From: a virus
Taxonomy: Duplodnaviria; Caudoviricetes
Virus record (IMG/VR): IMGVR_UViG_3300044995_000307
Span: 1 to 52,855 of that record
DNA: 52,855 nucleotides
Reading direction: 5' to 3' (one strand)
Every line of letters starts with the position of its first letter. Position 1 is the first letter of the stretch. A model generated the notes under the pieces. That model did not search any database. It was not told the DNA's origin and was given only the letters and a program-made list of their open reading frames with translations. Of this stretch, positions 48,467 through 52,855 are shown one piece after another. The position numbers were made by a program, and so were the translations under genes.

Positions 48467-49018
48467 TTAGATATTATCATCTTCTTCCCATACACATTGT
48501 ACAAACCAATGATTAGTATTTGGGTTAGAAGTACCAGCAGCTGCGACTACCTGTACTAATAAAGACTCATTTGGTCTTAATATAAATGGTGTACTTTCAA
48601 TAAATGTTGGTAATAATGAATTATCCAAAGCTAATACCTGGCCAGCAGCAGTATGTAATCTCATACAATATTGTTGCCAAATAGTATCACCTGCTGTGGC
48701 TGTAATGGCTGTAGCCGATCCGCCATCTGATGCACTAGCTGCTCTAATTACTACTTGTGAAGCAGAAGATTGTGTTGTATTAAATGCTTGTTTACTTAGA
48801 ACAGTACCACCAGTAGGTAAAGAAGACGGGCGTGAAACTTTCACTAATGGCATAACAGCAGTTAAAGCAGCAGTAGCATCTAATTGACATACCAATTTTC
48901 TAATTTTTACCAATCTGTTAGAACCAGATTGATTTTCAATAGAAAATAAATTATGAGTGGTTGCTGCTGCTCCTAATATTCTAAATGATGCTGCTGCTCC
49001 TGTAAATACTACTGCCAT
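48467..49018 (-). CDS. Putative structural protein
   Basis: A/S/T-rich, 183 aa; paralogous to the downstream gene. Confidence 0.7.
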   Translation of the reverse strand: MAVVFTGAAASFRILGAAATTHNLFSIENQSGSNRLVKIRKLVCQLDATAALTAVMPLVKVSRPSSLPTGGTVLSKQAFNTTQSSASQVVIRAASASDGGSATAITATAGDTIWQQYCMRLHTAAGQVLALDNSLLPTFIESTPFILRPNESLLVQVVAAAGTSNPNTNHWFVQCVWEEDDNI

Positions 49019-49023
49019 AATTA

Positions 49024-49434
49024 TTATTGTAATGTAAATAATCCATCAGTTCCATCAAAATCTATTATCAGCTGCTCACCATTTGCTAATGTTATTGAAG
49101 AGCCATAATCAAACCAAGCTATTAAATTTTTGTTCGTAGATGTATCATCATAGATTACTACATATCTAAATAGTCCAACAGAACCACCACTAGCCGTTAA
49201 GGTCAGATCTTGTAGCATTAACTTGTATAGACCACCTGTTTGAGAACTTGATAAAGTTGTTATATTTCTGCTACTTAAATTTGTGTAGCTAATTTGTGTA
49301 ATATCTGCTAATATGGCATTTGAAGAACTTGGTGCAGTATTAGTCAATGCAACCATCAATTGATTAGAACCTAAATTGTGAACACCGTTAGCTATTGCTG
49401 CAACAAAAGCATGAAATTTATTATAAACTGCCAT
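49024..49434 (-). CDS. Small virion structural protein
   Basis: ALTNTAP...FRYVVIYDDT..LIAWFDYG..ITLANGE pattern typical of small phage tail-associated proteins. Confidence 0.7.
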   Translation of the reverse strand: MAVYNKFHAFVAAIANGVHNLGSNQLMVALTNTAPSSSNAILADITQISYTNLSSRNITTLSSSQTGGLYKLMLQDLTLTASGGSVGLFRYVVIYDDTSTNKNLIAWFDYGSSITLANGEQLIIDFDGTDGLFTLQ

Positions 49435-49436
49435 AA

Positions 49437-49793
49437 TTAATTTTCTATTGTTTTACTAATTATGTTATATTTATTATTCAAATAAGCAAAACCTAGAATT
49501 AATGTTTTATTTGCTACAGTACTAGAAGGCAGCAAAGAACCAAAATCCTGATAATCTGAACCCCATGTTATTGACCTTTGAACCCCATCATCTTTTATTA
49601 TTATTATAAATTTTTGAAAATCTGCAACATCTCCTATAGGATTGTTTATTGTTATATTTTGAGACAAATTTTTTATATTAAATGTATCAAAAAGATTAAT
49701 TTGGGGAGTTAAAGAGCTTACATTGTTTAATGTTTGAACTCTTGGTATGTAATTTGTAATACTGTTTGTTATTCTGTTAAATCCTTGTGACAT
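49437..49793 (-). CDS. Tail-fibre-tip-like small protein
   Basis: NITINNP...IIIKDDGVQRSITWGS...LPSSTVANKT..LGF.Y. Confidence 0.65.
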   Translation of the reverse strand: MSQGFNRITNSITNYIPRVQTLNNVSSLTPQINLFDTFNIKNLSQNITINNPIGDVADFQKFIIIIKDDGVQRSITWGSDYQDFGSLLPSSTVANKTLILGFAYLNNKYNIISKTIEN

Positions 49794-50116
49794 TATTGTA
49801 TCTCCTCTCCATAAATGTTAAAAGATAAATTATTGCTATTAGATTCTACTCTTATAATGTCATTTCCAGAAGCAGTTATACCAGCAGTTACAATAAAAGT
49901 ATCATAAGGTGATATCTCTAGTTGAAAATATAAATAGTCATTATTTTGAGTAGGGCCACCACCTACTGTGTGCGATATGTTGAATAAAGCAACTGTGTTA
50001 CCTCTGTTACAAACAAAAATAGAACTAATAACAGTTTGTGTACCGTTTGGCACTACATATAAATCAGTTTCTGTGTTAGCTACTGGTGAAGAAGATCCTA
50101 ATTTTTTTAAACCCAT
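49793..50116 (-). CDS. Small jelly-roll-like structural protein
   Basis: LYVVP..TVISSIFVCN...GIT...DIIRV...SFNIYGEE. Confidence 0.65.
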   Translation of the reverse strand: MGLKKLGSSSPVANTETDLYVVPNGTQTVISSIFVCNRGNTVALFNISHTVGGGPTQNNDYLYFQLEISPYDTFIVTAGITASGNDIIRVESNSNNLSFNIYGEEIQ

Positions 50117-50117
50117 G

Positions 50118-51284
50118 TTAAGCTCCCATTAATAAAAATATTTTTTTATAACTTTTTAATGAATTATATTCGCTTTGTGTTAAATGAATATAATTGCCTT
50201 GATTTAAGCCATCTAGCTCATTATGTAATACTGCTTGCGAAGGTATAAATGTGTTTGATTCATAATTATACACATTACCGCTAGTAGAATTTTTTTGAAT
50301 AATTATCTTACCAACTAATATTGTATGGTTAGTAACTAATTGTGGCAATGGTGGTTCTTGCTCTAATTCTGCATCACTTAATTTAGTATACTGATTTCTT
50401 CCTATTACTTCATAAATGTGATTATTGTTTTCTATGTCTCTATAATACCAGTTTACTACATAATGGTTATTAGATAATGGTGTCAAATTATTCCCATTAT
50501 CATAATCTGTATTATTAATAGATGCCCCACCATTAAATACGGTTTTATCCCATTGGCCAGCAGTATGATATAATCTAAATAGAACGTCATCATTACTATT
50601 TATAGATGGAAGTATATTTTTTTTAATACCATTATAAACTACTCCTTGACCTATTGTTATTATTAAAGAAGGAGAGGCTAATGCAATTTTTAAGCTACCA
50701 TTCTTTTTTACAAATTTGTTTACTTCATATAATCTGTCTAAAATTTTATTAGGTAATCCAGAAGCCTCATACTCCCAATCTAACACATGTAAGTTATTCC
50801 CATCTCTATATACAGTAAGATACTTAGCTAAATCACTTCTACGATAATTAGGCTCTGTTTGTGATATTACAAATTCTGGAGATCCTGAATTATAATCAAC
50901 ATATATGTAGTTAGTTGCACCATCTGCTAAATGTGGAAAATCAGTACCAGTGTCTCCACCAGTTACTGGAAGTGATTTTTTAGTACCAGAATAATTTTGA
51001 TCATCAAACAATGATACTATTAAATTAGGCAATGTTATAGTACCATCATTATTATCGACAAAAGTATTAGTATTATAAAGTACTCCTACAAAATTATTAT
51101 CACTAATATTACTTATTAATTTAAATTTTGATGGGTGCGTTTCTGGCGTTTGTCCAGGAATTGTATCTACGATTACTTCAAAAATATATTTTCCACCACT
51201 TGTATATTCATACGTTATATAATCATTGACAACGTATTTGTCAATAGGTTGATATTCATATAATTTTATACCTATTTTAGCCAT
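50118..51284 (-). CDS. Putative tail-associated structural protein
   Basis: 388 aa; NYIYVDYN.G.P; C-terminal HNELDGLNQGNYIHLT. Confidence 0.65.
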   Translation of the reverse strand: MAKIGIKLYEYQPIDKYVVNDYITYEYTSGGKYIFEVIVDTIPGQTPETHPSKFKLISNISDNNFVGVLYNTNTFVDNNDGTITLPNLIVSLFDDQNYSGTKKSLPVTGGDTGTDFPHLADGATNYIYVDYNSGSPEFVISQTEPNYRRSDLAKYLTVYRDGNNLHVLDWEYEASGLPNKILDRLYEVNKFVKKNGSLKIALASPSLIITIGQGVVYNGIKKNILPSINSNDDVLFRLYHTAGQWDKTVFNGGASINNTDYDNGNNLTPLSNNHYVVNWYYRDIENNNHIYEVIGRNQYTKLSDAELEQEPPLPQLVTNHTILVGKIIIQKNSTSGNVYNYESNTFIPSQAVLHNELDGLNQGNYIHLTQSEYNSLKSYKKIFLLMGA

Positions 51285-52855
51285 TAGTATATTCTAAATT
51301 TACCACCACCAACATATTTAATAAAAATAGCACTCCATCCAGTCATATTATAAGAAGTACCTCCATCTATTGTTTCAGTGGCTGTATCAAATACCCCTAT
51401 ATCTACGTTTACATTAGCTCCCATGATCAAATAAGTTTTACCTACTCTTATAGAAGTAGTGTCTGGTAAAGTAAGACCAGTAGCTACCGTACAATTTAAA
51501 ATGTAATCAGAATCAGTAATTGAATAACTAGGAGAACCAATATTTTTGATATTGTCTTCTTCTAAGCCACCTCTATTTATAATACCACCATCTATTAAAG
51601 TTAAACCATTAATTCTCATTCTTTCATTGTAAGTAGCTGCTGCAGCATTCACTAACACTCTATTATGAGCAGATATTCTTAAACTTTCTACTAACACATT
51701 TTGAGAGTTACCAGAAGGTCCAGCAGGAGCTACTCTAAAGATAATGTCACCACCAATCCCTGTACCTGTACCTCTTGAACCATCTATATAAAATATATTA
51801 GCAGCAGCACTTTCATTTGCTAACGGTGTTACATCGTTTACATTGCTTCCTGGCTTTCCATGTATAGAAAGAGAAAAACTACCAGTAAATGCAGATACTT
51901 GTCCTCTACCTAAAAATGCTTTATTAATTACTGTACTATCACTACCAATTATCATTACATTGCTTTCTCTAATTGCTGCTAGCATTCCAATAGCAATAGC
52001 AGAAGTATAAGAAGAATTTGTAAAATTAGCACTGCGACCAATTAATACACTTGCAGAGGCATTATTTGTATTATATCCTGCATCCCAACCTATGAATACA
52101 TTATCATTTCCATTAGCATTATAAGCAGAATATACACCAATAGCAACATTTCTAGTTCCAATTGCCAGTTCTCTTAAAGAAAATGCTCCAATAGCAACAT
52201 TTTCAGAGCCAGTAGTATTAGAATATGATGATTGATATCCTAAAGCAGTATTATTACTTCCTGTAGTATTGTAATATAATGAAAATACTCCAATAGCTAC
52301 ATTATTACCGCTTGTAGTATTAGAATATAGTGAATAAAGACCTAAAGCAGTATTATTAGATCCTGTAGTATTAAATCGTAATGATTCTCTACCTATTGCT
52401 GTATTAAAACTACCTGTAGTATTAAAACGCAACGAATCATGTCCAACAGCTGTGTTGCTATTACCTGTAGTATTAGAATATAATGAAGAATATCCAATAG
52501 CTACGTTGCTATTACCTGTAGTATTAAAAAATAATGAAGAATATCCAATAGCTACGTTGCTATTACCTGTAGTATTAAAAAATAATGACAAAGGGCCTAA
52601 AGCTGTATTATAAAAACCTGTAGTATTAAAAAATAATGATTGATACCCAATGGTTACATTTTCATATCCTGTAGTATTAGAATATAACGATCGATATCCT
52701 ATAGCTGTATTGTTAGTTCCTGTAGTATTAAAAAATAATGATTGAAAGCCTAAAGCAGTATTATTAAATCCTATGGTATTAGATCGTAATGATTCTCTAC
52801 CGATAGCTGTATTGTTAGTTCCTGTAGTATTAAAATATAATGAATAAAATCCAAT
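51284..52855 (-). CDS. Tail fibre/adhesin with 17-aa repeats (5' end outside window)
   Basis: Frame checked open from 52591 to the window edge; NTTGxxNxAxGxxSLxx repeats; C-terminal LTLP...GKTY..ETIDG domain. Confidence 0.85.
   Translation of the reverse strand: MGFYSLYFNTTGTNNTAIGRESLRSNTIGFNNTALGFQSLFFNTTGTNNTAIGYRSLYSNTTGYENVTIGYQSLFFNTTGFYNTALGPLSLFFNTTGNSNVAIGYSSLFFNTTGNSNVAIGYSSLYSNTTGNSNTAVGHDSLRFNTTGSFNTAIGRESLRFNTTGSNNTALGLYSLYSNTTSGNNVAIGVFSLYYNTTGSNNTALGYQSSYSNTTGSENVAIGAFSLRELAIGTRNVAIGVYSAYNANGNDNVFIGWDAGYNTNNASASVLIGRSANFTNSSYTSAIAIGMLAAIRESNVMIIGSDSTVINKAFLGRGQVSAFTGSFSLSIHGKPGSNVNDVTPLANESAAANIFYIDGSRGTGTGIGGDIIFRVAPAGPSGNSQNVLVESLRISAHNRVLVNAAAATYNERMRINGLTLIDGGIINRGGLEEDNIKNIGSPSYSITDSDYILNCTVATGLTLPDTTSIRVGKTYLIMGANVNVDIGVFDTATETIDGGTSYNMTGWSAIFIKYVGGGKFRIY
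52075..52855 (-). repeat. Degenerate 51 bp coding tandem repeat
   Basis: Recurrent cctgtagtatta at 51 nt period; about 13 regular units plus degenerate ones. Confidence 0.9.

Noticed and set aside
52075-52855. CRISPR array or DGR template in the 51 bp repeats
   Set aside because: Repeats are in-frame coding units without unique spacers; no cas or reverse transcriptase gene and no adenine-specific TR/VR pair seen.
1-52855. Stop-codon reassignment as in some large phages
   Set aside because: Long core genes are intact under code 11, and HU ends at TAG at its expected length.
1-52855. tRNA or rRNA genes
   Set aside because: Intergenic gaps are short and AT-rich, and no cloverleaf or T-loop pattern was seen by eye.

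Overview
Gene-dense, very AT-rich fragment (roughly 22-25% GC by eye, standard code) of a large T4-like contractile-tailed phage. The host is probably Bacteroidota (inferred). The window holds replication/recombination genes (DnaB with mini-intein, UvsX, gp46/gp47, probable clamp, C-terminal half of a split family B polymerase, two more helicases, HU), virion genes (tube, sheath, neck, baseplate, a tail fibre cluster running off the right edge), lysis candidates and four related endonuclease-like genes. The standout is a candidate 2-aminoadenine (Z-base) pathway: a PurZ-type synthetase (GSSGKG P-loop instead of PurA GDEGKG), a divergent phage-encoded PurB and a MazG-like pyrophosphatase within about 11 kb, in a PolB-using myovirus. 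A second, miniature PolB-like protein with a degenerate motif A is also present. Two genes are broken by -1 frameshifts at slippery heptamers. All calls come from motif recognition by eye; no searches were run, and DatZ and the N-terminal PolB half are not in the window.
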